A stretch of 64,000 nucleotides of DNA, taken from Yuukianura sp. NJ FZ-2021. Its lineage: Eukaryota. Below are positions 12,468 to 36,095 of this stretch, one piece after another. The notes under the pieces were generated by a model. That model did no database searches. It was not told where the DNA came from and saw only the letters and a program-made list of their open reading frames with translations. The stretch covers positions 5,766,001 through 5,830,000 of the forward strand of contig CM102288.1 in NCBI GenBank assembly GCA_046563655.1. Direction: 5' to 3'. A program made the position numbers and the translations under genes. Each line of letters begins with the position of its first letter. The first letter of the stretch is position 1.

Positions 12468-15400
12468 ATGGCGGTAGAAGACGAAGTACCCTCTACTTCT
12501 GAAGACGAAGACGAGGAAGAGCAGAAGAAGGATCCCTTTGATCGGGAACGAGAACCGGAAGTAGAACAGTTTCGACAAGATGTCTCCTCCATTCTTCAGT
12601 CTGTTGTAGACAAGTCTACGACAACTTTTGCGACAGGCGGAGAACTGCAAGGAGCTCCGCTGGTTCCAATTCAATTGTTAAAAGTAAGTAACATCCGTTT
12701 CAAGTCTAAGTCTGCCAATTGAAGCTTCATACCAGTACAATCAATGCGTGTTCGTTCTTATTTCTAGACGGGCGACATTGTTTATTTCCCAATCTATGAC
12801 AAAAATGCGCCTGGAATCATCAAGCAATTACAGCAAGCCCCGTTTGGGAAGGGAAAGAAGACGATACTGGACAAGACGGTTCGGAACTCATGGCAGATCA
12901 GGGTTGGCAAAATGACCATGACGTCGGTCAAAAACGTCTGTCATAAACGTTTATGACAAGACCCCTTGTCAGAAACGTCATTTTTGTCAAATTCATTTTT
13001 TATAAAACCGTGCATTCGCGCTCAAATTTAAAGAAAAACCAGTAACAATATGTCTTTATGGTTGGTCCAACGTCCACAACGAACCAATTGTCGGCTTATC
13101 AATCGCTGATTCTGAAGGAAATCAAGCTTTAACAAACAGTATTGACACATCAGGGCATGCGCAGGCGCACACAGCCGAATATTTGAGAACTCTTGCGGAA
13201 AAAGAAATCGACAGATGTGAAACGGAATGGGGCGTCTGCGTCAGAGCATTACTGATTACTGATTACACAGGGAACGTTGCAAAAATGCGTCGTGAGCTTG
13301 AAAAAAATGAAGACATCTCAATTATTCAATATGGCTGCCTTCGAACTTTTTAGAAAAATCGGAGAGCTCTGATACAAGTCTGTGAAGACCATCGAAATGA
13401 GATCGATTCTGCAATTACCAGACTCGTGAATGACGTCAATTTAGCGAATACTAGCAGTGAGAACTGACAGCGGTTATACGTTTTAATCTAATAGCAAGTT
13501 TACAATGTAGGTTAACCGGCAATTTAGAATTAAAGATTTTAATTTTTTGAGGAAAGGTTTCTGACGTTTCTGACGTTTTTGACGCGTTTTTAACGTTTTA
13601 AACGTTTTTGACGTCATTTTCGTGAAAATGACGTCATTTTGCCAACCCTGTGGCAGATTGATTCCAAAGAGTTCAAGGTACGTTAAATTACGTGAGTTCA
13701 AAACGCGGTATGAAAAAAAGTGTCTAATCCTCAGAATTACGATCATCAGAAAACCTAAACCAAGTATGATGAATAGTCACTCCAAACTATACCGCCCAAT
13801 TCACGCTCTTTGCTTTAAATTAAGAACAGATTTATAAACATTAATTACAACAACATTTTATGTCTCCAGATTTTGAATCCAAAATGGGATTCGTATGTTG
13901 CTGAAACAGTCGTGCCGCGGATTGGAGCTGCACTCGGATTAACGTCGCCTTTCACTGCCTCAATCTACAAGTTTCTCCTGTATGAAACTGGTAGTTTCTT
14001 CAAGCCCCATCGTGACTCAGAAAAAGAAGACGGAATGTTTGGCACACTCGTGATTCAACTTCCATCCAAATACTCCGGTGGAGCTCTCCAGGTTCGTCAC
14101 GATGGAAAGACTCAGACTTTCACCTTTGACAATCCAGAAGGCGAGTTCAAAATGTTCATGGCTGCTTTCTATGCCGATTGTGAACATGAAATCGTTCCAT
14201 TGACGTCTGGCTATCGATCGTGTTTGGTCTACAACTTGGTCGTTCCTGTTGACAGCCCTCGTCCAGCTCCACCTCTGGGAGAATCTGAATCGGTAAAGGC
14301 ATTGGTGTCTTTCCTCAGTAACTGGCCTTCAGAACCTGCTCTCATGGGGTACTACTTACAACATAAGTATTCTGCCTCCTCTCTTTCTTCAAAGAATCTC
14401 AGTCTGAAGACAACTGACGGCCAGGTTGCCAGTGTTCTGCAATCCGTCGCATCGCAACTCCCGCTCAACGTCTACGTTTGCCTCATCTCTATCCATATGA
14501 GTGGATCCGCCGAAAGTGCATTCGATGACGAGGGAAACTACGATGGTATTCCATATCGTGGTTGGAACCGAGGGAAACGAGCTCGTACTGTACCAGTCAA
14601 TGTTGGTTTTCACGAAGATGTTGATGTCGAAGACATGGAGCTCGAACTCGAAAACATAATTGGACTCTTCGACCGGAAGAAGTTTCCATATTTTCCTGAA
14701 AACCAGAATTCCCTCACCGTTGATGACACTTCGATTGAAATTCTGCCAGTCGGAATCTTCCGCACTGCAAAACCGGACAACTTATCACTTCAGCCCACTG
14801 GAAACGAAGGAACTGAGCTTCGGAAATGGTACAAAGGGGCCATGATCCTATTTTGGCCATCAGATCGTCATCTTGACGTTCTCCAAGAACTTGGAATCTC
14901 CACTGCCGTCATTAACAAAGACATTTACCTCCAGAGTATCGCAAAGGCCAAGAATAACAAGGCTCAACTCCTGGCCGCTGCTAAGCAACTGCTTCTGCCT
15001 CAGAAAGTAGAAAAGGAACCTCCTAAACCTCGGAACTACTGGATGTCGTACGGTCGTTGTACAAATGCTGCCAAGTCTGAAGGTCCCCTTTTCTACAAAG
15101 ATTTAGGATCATCTGGAGAGACCATTTTCAACTCAATTTGTGATCTCAAGGATCCTAGTCTGATTGTCCAGTTTCTTCAAAAGTTCACCCAGGCTGATGC
15201 AATTGTTGGTCTTTTGCGGAAACAAGTCACAGCTGGAGGATGGTGGGAACAATGCTATGATGAAATTGAGAAGATCCTGAAGAACACCAAAGCTGTCGCT
15301 ACATTTGTGATTAATCTCACTCAAACTCCTGTTGGACAAAACGAAAAACCGTATATTCTGCGTCTCCTCAAGACTTCAGTAGAAACAGTCTTAGCAAATC

Positions 15401-15948
15401 CGAATTCCGAGTCTCGACCCCGGTTTCTCTCTACATTTTGCCTGCAAGCTGATGCAGCTGAGCTAGATGTGACGGAGCTCTTGGCTGAACTAGTATTCGA
15501 ATCAAAACTGCTCAAACCAACGGAGGTTTCCATGGCAATTATGACTTTGATCAAACCAGGCACTCCACTGAAGCCTCTTTGGCATACTCTGGCATCGCGT
15601 CTGGCTGGAGATTTCCAAAGTACGGTGGAAAAGTCATCAAAGGCGGCTTTGGACTGGAAGAGAACTGTATCTCTCGCAGCTCCTTGCAATTGTCAAGACT
15701 GTCAGGACTTTGGTGCCTTTCTGCGTTCGGATGAAGTTAAATTTGAGATTAAGGGGCCAGAGAAACGTCGCAAGCACGTGATTAAGCAGGCAGCAAAGAC
15801 TGGCAACCTTCAAAATGAGACTGTGCGTGGAACTGTACCGTTGCGTCTCGTCTTCACCAAGCTACAAATTCCAGAACTTGAACAGGAAAAGAGAGATGCA
15901 ACTAGACTGATGAACCAACTGTCCCAAGCCATTGGATCTTCGCAGTAA
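12468..15948 (+). CDS. 2OG-Fe(II) oxygenase family protein; exon 2 interrupted by a hAT insertion
   Basis: Exon 12468-12683; exon 12768-12898 continuing at 13659-13677 (QAPFGKGKKTILDKTVRNSWQI/DSKEFK); exon 13870-15948 with YKFLLYETGSFFKPHRDSEK (HxD), ADCEHEI (distal His) and GYRSCLVYNL (2OG-binding Arg); C-terminal CNCQDC. Confidence 0.8.
12899..13650 (+). mobile_element. Internally deleted hAT transposon with transposase remnant
   Basis: TIRs CAGGGTTGGCAAAATGAC / GTCATTTTGCCAACCCTG; 8-bp TSD TGGCAGAT (12891-12898, 13651-13658); internal decayed frame GWSNVHNEPIVGLSI...HTAEYL...NVAKMRREL...YGC resembles a hAT catalytic core. Confidence 0.92.
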
Positions 15949-18526
15949 TCGTTTTACGAATTATGTACATTCTCTTTTACGTCGCTGAGCGATGACAAGT
16001 CAATTTTTGAGTTCCTTTTTTTTTTGCATTTTGTTCACACTTCTTTTTTTGCAACTTAAGTAAATTTTTCAGTTCAGTTCAAAATTCAGATTTCGTTAAA
16101 CTAAATGGCAGTGAACGCAACACCAATAAATGAATTTACAACTATAAACCGAATAATCAGCTTTCAATTTGATTTACTACCTATACTTCAAGTAGTTCAA
16201 GTGCAAAAATTAGCGAGAGCTACGTCATGCACGTCGCGCTTCTGTCGGTCTGTCTGTTTGTAAGACCGCCGGTTGTATCATCTCTCGCAGCAAGAGGCTC
16301 ATCATTCCCGGATCGCTATAACTATTAACCACAAAAACCCGGGACTATTGACAATTGAATAGGCCACTCATTTCGCCAGCCCCTTCTGGGTCAAAGGTCA
16401 ACGTCGACCGGTTGAATGCCGATGTGGTAACTTCGAAAACATCTTCGGAGGCTCCGTAATGTCAAAGGTCAAAATACGCGTTCGCTACTTTCATACACTG
16501 GTTTATTTTGGATTGCCTCCTTCATCCAATTCGAAGGGCGAGTTTTAGGGCTCTCAGGAGGACTTTGGAGGGATTGAAGGGACGACGCGAAAGGGGAACA
16601 GGAAACACGCAGGAGGGAGCGGAGGGTTGCCTGGTGATACCTCCAGTGTAGTCTCAAAATCAAAACAAAGACAAACGGTCGACAGATATCTAAAGAGTGA
16701 GAGCGAAAGTAAGTGATTAATCAGAACAAAAACAATTGTTATCATAGTAAGAACAATGAATTATTGCCGATTTATATTGTGTACTTCTTGTCCTTACCAT
16801 TGGGCAATAATATCAGTCGCAAAAAGTGTACGACCTCGAGTAACCGACGAACTTAGCTAATCAATCACACTGGCTGAGTTAAAGCGGAGTTACTAAGGTA
16901 AGGGGAACAAAATCGGTTGAGTACGGTGTTGTACATTATTCGTAATTTTTGGAAGTCCTTTTTCAGATTTTCGGGAGAGACTCTCGATTTTCCATTTTTT
17001 TTTTGGTCTTGTTGCCATTTTCAAATTTTATGATGTTTCAAACGTTTTCGGCCGTTTCGGTTTTTTTTTGGGATCCTGCCTTTCTTCCGCTATTGTTGAA
17101 TAACGGAAGCAAAATTTAAACTTCTTATTTTGTTTACTTACAATTAGCGTCAATAATGTAATTTCTGTGCTAGTTTAACGAGGCATTATTAACATACGTT
17201 TTGATGTTAATAATTCTTCGGTAGTAGATTGTTGTGGTTACGCCACGTTTGTAATCCTTACTTCAACGCAATTAACTTTTGGAATCCGGATGTGAAAAAT
17301 TTGGTTGACGTAAGGTTTGCATTGTGTTTTCTGTACTAGTATCAGTAGTATGCGAGCGTCCCCTCTTCTTCTATCATTTTTCCGCCAAATTAAAAAAATT
17401 AAAATATTTTACGGCGGAGTTACGATTAGTTAGGCATGAACATGGCAAAACCTATTCCTGAACGTACATTACAATTATTAATTCACAATACAACGGGAAC
17501 TGTGGATACAACGATAGGCTTTGAACTTGACGTCAACGCACGACAGGTGCGTAGCGAGGAATAGGTACTCTAATACTCTGATTCCGTGACGGAACTGGGC
17601 TGAAACACACCTAAGATTTTGGAAATGTAACTGATAATTTTGCACTCAAATATTTCAAAATTATTGGAACTCTGACAGCAACATTTGAGATGAGAGTGAG
17701 TAGAACTGTGAAAAATCGACGTTTTCGTTGGTTTTACTTAAATTCCGGACGAAATAAGTTTCCAGTCAATGAGTCAGAGAAATCAGCTGAGTCTGAGGAT
17801 TAGTTTTTCCCTCAATGAAAACCTTTTAACAAACAAACAGAAAACATCAAAGTGTCAAGTCCTTGTATCTGAGTCACTTTTTAAGAACATACATAAGTGA
17901 CTAATGATACGTAACAATCATAATAATCTCATTCTCATTCCCAGTATCACGAGTAATTATTTTGTCGTTTTATACAGGTTTCTTCCCAATCCTCGACTCA
18001 ACAAAGAAAAGTGCGATCATCATTTTCATTACCTAAGAATTGGAATTGGACAGAGTTAGAGTATGACCTTCCATCATCAAGGAGACACAGGAACTGGAGA
18101 CTGACAAACAACATTCGCTAGAGTATCGATTCGCAGTTGGACTAATTGTTAATTTGGAAACGAAGCGAAGATAAGAACCGAGATCCAGTAAACCGCCTAC
18201 CTCACCTAACTCAATCAAGTTAGTTACGCCTCCCACCGTTCTTTGTTCTGAACTCAACGGACTAATCGTCATCGATGGCCATCGTTGTTGTCGTTTGCAG
18301 AGTTGTGCGAAAAGATGAAAAACTAAACACGAAACGTTTGGATAGAACGTAATGTTGGACGATTTTAATCGCGATCTCAACTTAATTGTTTCATAGCATT
18401 CCACGCGTCCTAAGTACTGTGCAAGTGAACTGTGAAGTTAGTAGTGATTTCTTTTAAGGCAACACTTAGTATTACAACTATTGAGTGCTGCAACTGGACT
18501 AAAACTGAACTTAATACAGTGACTGA

Positions 18527-28977
<10,451 letters not shown>

Positions 28978-29583
28978 AAGTACTATAAAAAGTATAAAAT
29001 TGAATTCAATATTCCTACATTCTGTAAACAAAACTTTCCCTGCAACTACAAGCCAATTCCAGAAGTAATCTCATTTTTTTACTGTTTTAGTAAGATCACA
29101 GTTGAAAGCCATTTCTTTTTACCTTTTTAACTTTGTGTAATGCAATTTTAAGTGACGGACGTAATAAAAACGTGCCTTTTGAACTCAGTTTCCCGCCACT
29201 TTTGGAATTTTTGAATTTTCAGTTTAAGCCAAGCGAATACGAGTTATTGCAATTTATTGAGCTGTGATAGCCTTCGTACGTGATGATGTCAGAGTCATGA
29301 TAAAACTAATTTTTTAAACAAATTTTTCTGAAAAATGCACATTTGATAATAAATTTTAGTTTTCTTAACCTTACGGGCCCAGCAATACTTTTTAGGTGGA
29401 ATGCTCCCACAACCCCCACTAAATTTAATACAAAGTTTGGACCAAATTGAGCTCTAAAGGTACCACTGTTAAATCTAAAGTTAATCAACTTAGTTGTATA
29501 TTTAATAAATAATTAAGTAGAATAATACCGTTTCTATAGCAGCCAACGTTTTAGCCAAAATTTCAATTTGTCAAAATTTATGC

Positions 29584-30594
29584 TTAGCTGTCACAAAATT
29601 CAGCCATGTAGTCAACCCCATCCTCTTCCGATTTAGCTGCATGTTGCACCGCAAAGTGAGCCTAGACAATTCCAAAATTTCAAAATTCTAGTTCAAAAAA
29701 CTTAATTTTCAAAATTCTAATTCGAAAGAAAATCTAAATTCCAAAAATATTGAAACCATTATGCCCTAAACTCACCCGCATGTTGGCGACCTTGCTGAAA
29801 CTCTTTCCGCAAGCTGGACACCGTGTTAGTCCACGGTGAGCCTAAATTAAAAAAACGAAGGTTTTAGTTTTTCGGAGATTCAAAAAATTTCCAATTTCAA
29901 AATTTGGAATTTACCTTCATGTGATCTTTTAGCGACCTGAGATGGACGTACGCCTTTGAGCAGAGTGGGCAGATGAACGGAGAATTTGGATCTCCGGGGT
30001 CGTTGAGATTCGACGTCGAAATGTTATTATTTTTGTTGATTCTGTGTGGATATGGAATTGTTGTGCCCGAAGGACTCACCGCCGCGACCACCGCGGCGGC
30101 GTCCTTATTCCGCTTTTTCTTAGTTTTAGTTACACCCTCTTCCGCGATCTCTTCCTTTGGGGAAGCAGTGTCCCCTTCCAGAAACTGCCGCGTGAGGCTG
30201 AAACAAGGCACTTGAACGTGGAATGGATTCGAGAGAAGTGGTCTCGCCTTGACAAGCTTCGGCAACGGTCGTTTTGAAGCCGGTTGGAGCTTGGGTGGCG
30301 GCGGAGTTGTGGCGGGAGTGCCATGTTGTGGATTGATCTTCAAAACGGCCCGCTGATGTCGAAATGGCGGGCAGTGATTGTACGAATCGAAAGTGGCGGG
30401 CAGCAGTTTCGGTGGTTGAGGGGAGGAGCTACATTTGATTGGTTGAATTGGCCCTATCACGTGGGTGTTGTCAAAACCGTGGCGGGAAATTTCTAGCAAG
30501 TTGTTGGAACCGTAGCCATCCTCACCCTCACTGTCCTCACAACACTCCTCCTCCAGCTCCAAGTCATCTGGAATTACGAACCCACTTCCACTGT
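29584..30594 (-). CDS. BTB gene alternative 3' module F: two C2H2 fingers (exons 29915-30594, 29776-29841, 29584-29661)
   Basis: Phase-1 acceptor; FICPLCSKAYVHLRSLKDHMK|AHRGLTRCPACGKSFSKVANMR|AHFAVQH...FCDS*. Confidence 0.85.
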
Positions 30595-31927
30595 CTACGA
30601 GGGAAACAACAGTCAACCACAATCCTACGGTACTAAAACTGATACGGTACCGAATACCGTACCGGAATACGGTACCAGTAAAAGTACCGAAACGGTACGG
30701 TGCCGTACCAGGAGATGAACAAGCCTCAAGGAAGCAGAAACTATTCGATACGAACCAGCCCTTAAAGTTTTTAGTCTACTCACCTCATCTACAAGTTTTA
30801 AAAATTTAAATAACTTTTAGAGTTTAACGTTAACTTTTTTTTCAAGGTAAGAAATTGAAACTTTTTTTTTCAAGGTAGGAAATTTTTTGAAACCGGAAAC
30901 AATATTTTACTGCGCGTTACACGCTAGTGCGTGTTATACGCGGATGAATAGGGTAATGTCAATCTAAAATTTATGTTAATTAAAATGAAAAAAAAAAGAC
31001 TTTGACCTTGAACATTGTAAAAAAATTTTTTTTTTTATAAAGGCAATTGATTTCGAACAGTTGCTGCTTGTACCGACATTGAAAAAGATGAAAAATGAAG
31101 TCACCTTAAAAGTCAACTTGTAGTTGAGGTTTGAGAGAAGGAAGATGAAGTGATCGTAAGATTGTAGCAGCATCTACGTTCCAGCAAAGGTTACCACCAC
31201 CACCAACAGCCTACACTAAGATATGAAAAGAGGCAAAAATTGAAATAGGAAGAACCAAACCATGACCTCTTGACCTCTCATCCCACTTCCCCCTGCACTA
31301 TTCGCATTTTGAAAATAACATAGCCTTACTATCCCAAAACTAGAACGTGTATTCCAACAGGAGGCCCTTTTACACTTCCTCAAAAATCTCCAACTTTTTC
31401 GAAGCTTCTACAGAAAATGAAACAGAAATTGATAGTTTTTTTTGTTTCTTTACAAAAGTACAAGTTTATTTCTTCAGCGGACTCGAAAAATTTTTTTTTT
31501 CAAAAACTGCAGAGTAATCCGAACATGAAACCAAAGTTACCATAAAACGTCCAAGAAACAACGAAATCTCCTGAACAAACTCCTTGAAAGTTATAAACTT
31601 TGCGATTTGTGAATTATATGACCAGTGGAAAATACTTGTTGATGAAGAGAGATTCTCAAATAATATCCTTAGATAAATAATCCTTGACACTTTGAGTAAA
31701 AACGTAATACCGTGAATAAGTCTTGTGTCCACTCTTATCCTAATGACTCTCAATCCTAAACCTAAACGTTCTGACTCCGATTTACACAAAAACTACTTCC
31801 GAAATTTCCTAAGTTCTGCTAACTACCGTAATACCCCAAATATTTGCACTTTCTTTTCCTAAATTCCTCGGTGGAACAAAAAAATTAAAAGATCCTAAAA
31901 CAGTTTCAAAACTTTTGAGTAGAATAA

Positions 31928-32511
31928 TCATTTTGAAGGAGGGCTGTTGGTGTGAGGTTGCGGTTTTGCATCTGGGTGGTGCATCTTGACATGAGCATTG
32001 CGATTACCCACATTGGAGAAGACTCGATTGCAATATTGGCATTTCGTTTTACCTAAAGACAACCAATCACAAGACAGAAACCAATCGTCAGAACCAATCA
32101 GAGAGCCAGGAAGTTCCAGAACACAAAATCAGCTGTTTTTACCGGCATGTTGAGCAGAGTGTGCCTGAAGTGTCTGGATGTGCTGGAAAGAGCGATTGCA
32201 GTCCTTGCACTTGTAGAACAAGCGCTCTTCGGCCTTTGTTGGTGGAACCAGAAACTGTTGAGAGGAGCGGTTTCTGCCTAGGAGACTTTTAGTCCCTCCG
32301 TTCCCCAGGGATCGTACCCCCGTCCCATTCCTACCGCCCAAACTGTTTTGGCGATGGCGCAGAAGGATTTGTCTGCGTCGAATCTGCTGTTGGCGTTGAA
32401 AGTGGTTCTCACCCGAGGTGGGGCAGAGTTGGTTTGCTTGTGGTAGAGGCGGAGACAGCCCCCCTTCGATACTGAGAATGGCCGTGGGAATGGTGAAGTG
32501 GGCTTTGCTGC
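31928..32511 (-). CDS. BTB gene alternative 3' module E: two C2H2 fingers (exons 32143-32511, 31928-32052)
   Basis: Phase-1 acceptor TTCAG|GC, open frame to YKCKDCNRSFQHIQTLQAHSAQHA-G|KTKCQYCNRVFSNVGNRNAHVKMHH...SK*. Confidence 0.85.
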
Positions 32512-33351
32512 CTGAACAACAAGGGGGAGTGACTTAACCGTAGCGGAAACGGAATGAGATCGGCAGCAATCAAACCAAAAGTCAAAGGTCATGCGGAGAG
32601 CAAAAAAACTAGAGCAAATCAAAATCAAAAAGTCAAAGTCACAACAGGCAAAACTCAAACAAAACGGATCAACTGACTCCCTTTTCCTACTTGAAACCCG
32701 ACGACAAACTACGAAAACCTATAATTACAATGTCTGATTTACTCAACCTAACGATTTTGCAAAAAAAAAAGTGTCCAATCCTAAAACCTACGAACAAACG
32801 ACATAAGTTCTCCAAGGAATAGTCACTGAAAAAAAAAAAACGGTGAGATTCCGAATTTCTGAGGATTAGTCGCTCATTTCTCCGCTAAAATTGGATTTCA
32901 CGCTAACTATTCACGTCTAGCCAAATTCAACGCAATATTTCACGTCTAATGAACTTCCACTAGTGGATGTGGAATTCAAAATTTCGAAAATTTCACGTTC
33001 ACATTCGAAATTCCACCCAAATATTTTCCCTCTAACGAAACTCATCACTCAAATATCCGACGTCAAAATTCCATACGAATATTTCGCGCCTAGCTGAATT
33101 CAAATTTCCCGCCTACTCCAAAACTTAGTCACTAACTGGATAACTGCTTTATTGAAACGTTTTATTTGTGTCTAGAAAGATAAGTAGATTGTTGCAAGTA
33201 TAGTCAAGAATTGGTGTTAGACACAAGTGTGAAGACAGTTTAAGTGCAGAAGGTGTGAATTAGTCAAATTAAGATTTGTTGAAACTCCTGTTACTAAAAT
33301 TAACATTTGTGTTAATGGATGTCCAGTCTCTCGTTCACTTTTGATCGACTT

Positions 33352-34050
33352 TTAGCTTAACCTTGACCGTGTCACTGCCGAAGAGGTGCCTTTGTTCCCT
33401 TTAATTTGAAAGACAAACTTCCCCTGGACTTCTGCGTTGCTGTAGCCATGCACCGTCTGATAATGGGCTCTCAAATTGGACACATTGGACAGGATCTGGC
33501 TACAGAGGCGACAGCGGGTTTGCCCTAGGTCAAACGTCACATTAATTCCCAAGGTTAATTAGGCTAAATCCTAAGTTGAGCCATAAGATGTGTACCTTCA
33601 TGCAACTTCCTATGTTGAACCAGAGTGCAAGAGTGGACGTAGCCCTTTCCACAAATCTCACAGACATAGCTAGACAAACATTCGGATTAGGCAAAAACCG
33701 CAAAGGTCAAAGGTCAAAGTTCATTTTTTTTAGGTTTTTACGGTGCATCAAGGTTCCTGGACATGGCGACTGAGGATATGGTTCTCGTAGGAGTTGGTCC
33801 TACAGTTGTGACTCCAGAATAGGCCAGGTCAAGGTCATCCTGTCCATCTTCTTCGTCATCCTCGTACATAACTTCTTCCTCTTCATCTTCTTCAAAGAAT
33901 TCCTCTTCATCTAGTGTTTGGCCAGGTTCGATGCCCATGATCTCCAGCTCCTCCAGCAGCGTCGATCCAGCGAGTATTCCAGGCCCTATGCCCTCCCCCA
34001 AATGCGACAACTTGAGGAGAGATCGGCGATGACGCATTGGTTGACCTCCG
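33352..34050 (-). CDS. BTB gene alternative 3' module D: acidic tract plus two C2H2 fingers (exons ~34050-33742, 33596-33669, 33352-33524)
   Basis: EEEFFEEDEEEE...LDAP|YVCEICGKGYVHSCTLVQHRKLHE-G|QTRCRLCSQILSNVSNLRAHYQTVH. The position of the first acceptor is uncertain. Confidence 0.8.
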
Positions 34051-34619
34051 TGACCTGAGTCCACATCCACCAATGACCTCTCGAGTATGGATTTATAGTG
34101 AAACGACTTTTTTAGGAGAAGGAGTGCGTAGGACACCAAAAAAGGCTCATCAAAAGTCCTAACCAACAGCTAAGTCTTCCTGAACAACTCCGAGTCAACC
34201 TAATCCATGTTAATCTAACGGCAGAATAGCCTAACCGAAGTTCAGAAAAAGAAAAGAAACCTTGCTAAAACGCAGCTTTCCACAAAAATTGAAATTGAAC
34301 CCTGCCAACACATTCATACAACCCAAACACACAAATTACAATACACGTTCTGGAAAAAAAAATTAATGTAATTAATGTAACATTTGTGTAATTATGTAAT
34401 TGAATCTCAATAGGTTTTGTGTGGAGTGAGCATGTTGACAATATCAAATGCGCATGGGTAGTACGAGTTATGTAACCGCAACTTATGTACTAATTGAACT
34501 TATGTAATCACGCGACCCTATCGCGTCACCAAAGTTATAAAAATCCTGCACGTAATTTAAAATATATGTTATCAAAAGCGGACTAGTTAGCATGTATTAT
34601 TGTCTCTCGAATGATGCAA

Positions 34620-34695
34620 GGCCTCCAGTTATGTAATGATGTAAGGCTTCCAGTTATGTAATGATGTAAGGCTTCCAGTTATGTAATGATGTAAG
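34620..34695. repeat. 25-bp minisatellite, 3 copies
   Basis: GGC(C/T)TCCAGTTATGTAATGATGTAA repeated three times, just downstream of the module C stop codon. Confidence 0.85.
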
Positions 34696-34707
34696 TAGCC
34701 TGTGTTA

Positions 34708-35392
34708 TCAACAAGTGGACGGGGATCTTTTGTCTCCAGCTACAGAAGTGTACTGCTTGGCCTGCTCGTACGTTTGCATGTGAACAGCTATGTAATGGTT
34801 CTTGAGGTTGGCCACGGTGGACAGGAGCTTGTGGCAGAGGTGACACTGAGTCGCACCTATTGAACAACAACATGGACACTAGCTCTGGGCTCACTGACCA
34901 TAAGTGGAGTCAAGGTTCGTTAACAAGAAAATAGTTTTTCTTCAACAGGTTAGGCAATAACTTCAACTTTTTAAATTTTGTTCAGTAATTGTAACAAACC
35001 TTGGTTCACGGTTATTTTCTTTGGCAATGATTTGTAATCAAATGGAATTGGAGAAAATAAGTGTTGTCAGCGACATTTTTAGAAAAACGTACTTAGAGCC
35101 TAACCTGTTAAAGAAAAACTATTTCGTTGCTAGAGGAATCTTGAGTGGAATAGAGTTATACCGTAATGGGACTTCTTGTGGTCTCTCAAGGAAGAGAGTC
35201 TGAGGAATGTTTTGAAACAGAGGGGGCACTTGTGCTGACCCCCCTCCCCTCTCCGCCGCTTCATCTTCTCTTTTTCAAGGTCACCAAAGGAATTATCTCC
35301 CTCAAGGCACACTAAATCATCAGAGTCATCTTCCAGCAGAGCACTCCAGGCAGCCAACGACTGATACCCACTCCGTACAGCTTCGTTTGACC
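34708..35392 (-). CDS. BTB gene alternative 3' module C: two C2H2 fingers (exons 35162-35392, 34708-34856)
   Basis: Phase-1 acceptor; HKCPLCFKTFLRLSSLRDHKKSHY-G|ATQCHLCHKLLSTVANLKNHYIAVH...STC*. Confidence 0.85.
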
Positions 35393-35832
35393 CTGAACAA
35401 CATTCCGATTCTCAGTCAACAATACAAACCTGACCTTTCCTAACACAACTTCTGACATCTTAGTTTAGTTTTTAGTTTTAGCTTTTTAGTTTTTGAAACC
35501 TGTCCAACGACCACATCTACCTCAAAGCACACCAGAAAGTCAATTCTACACCTAGCCTAACAAATTTCCCAATTTCACTACAACAAACAGACGGGGAATT
35601 CAGAGAAAGTGGAGTGTAGTTTCATAAAGAAAGGACAAATAGCACGGTGAGTATTAAAAAGCTAAAGATCCGGAATTCCGGAAAAATCCGGAAAATTCCG
35701 GAATTCCCGGAAAAATCAATCACTCCCTTTCACGCTTCCACTAGCAACGTCATAACGTAAGTTCAATTGCATAAGGTGCAAAGACATAACATTACAAAAG
35801 CACGTAAGTTGGCAAGTACATAATGTAAAATG

Positions 35833-35983
35833 CAGTGTTGCGGGATGGATAAAATATTTCTTCCACCTACATCAAACTAGGTGGAAGTATCCACTTATAT
35901 CCATTTTATCCAGCCATTTGTTCCGGATGAAATATATTATCTACTGGACGAAACATCAAAAAAGTGGATATCCAGCAACACTG
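35833..35983. mobile_element. hAT-type MITE (151 bp)
   Basis: TIRs CAGTGTTGC / GCAACACTG; 8-bp TSD GTAAAATG (35825-35832, 35984-35991). Confidence 0.88.
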
Positions 35984-36095
35984 GTAAAATGACTCCGACC
36001 AAAACATTATTACGTCAAAATTTAGTCCATCGAAGGTAAAAATTAGTCAATATAGGAGGAACATGCTTTAAAATTTTAGCGCTTTAACGCATTCC

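Noticed and set aside
30625..30710. Cluster of ACGGTAC/GTACCG repeats upstream of module F
   Set aside because: Resembles subterminal TE repeats; no ends or function could be established.
31105..31215. Possible extra BTB terminal exon (DAATILRSLHLPSLKPQLQVDF*)
   Set aside because: No domain and a weak acceptor context.
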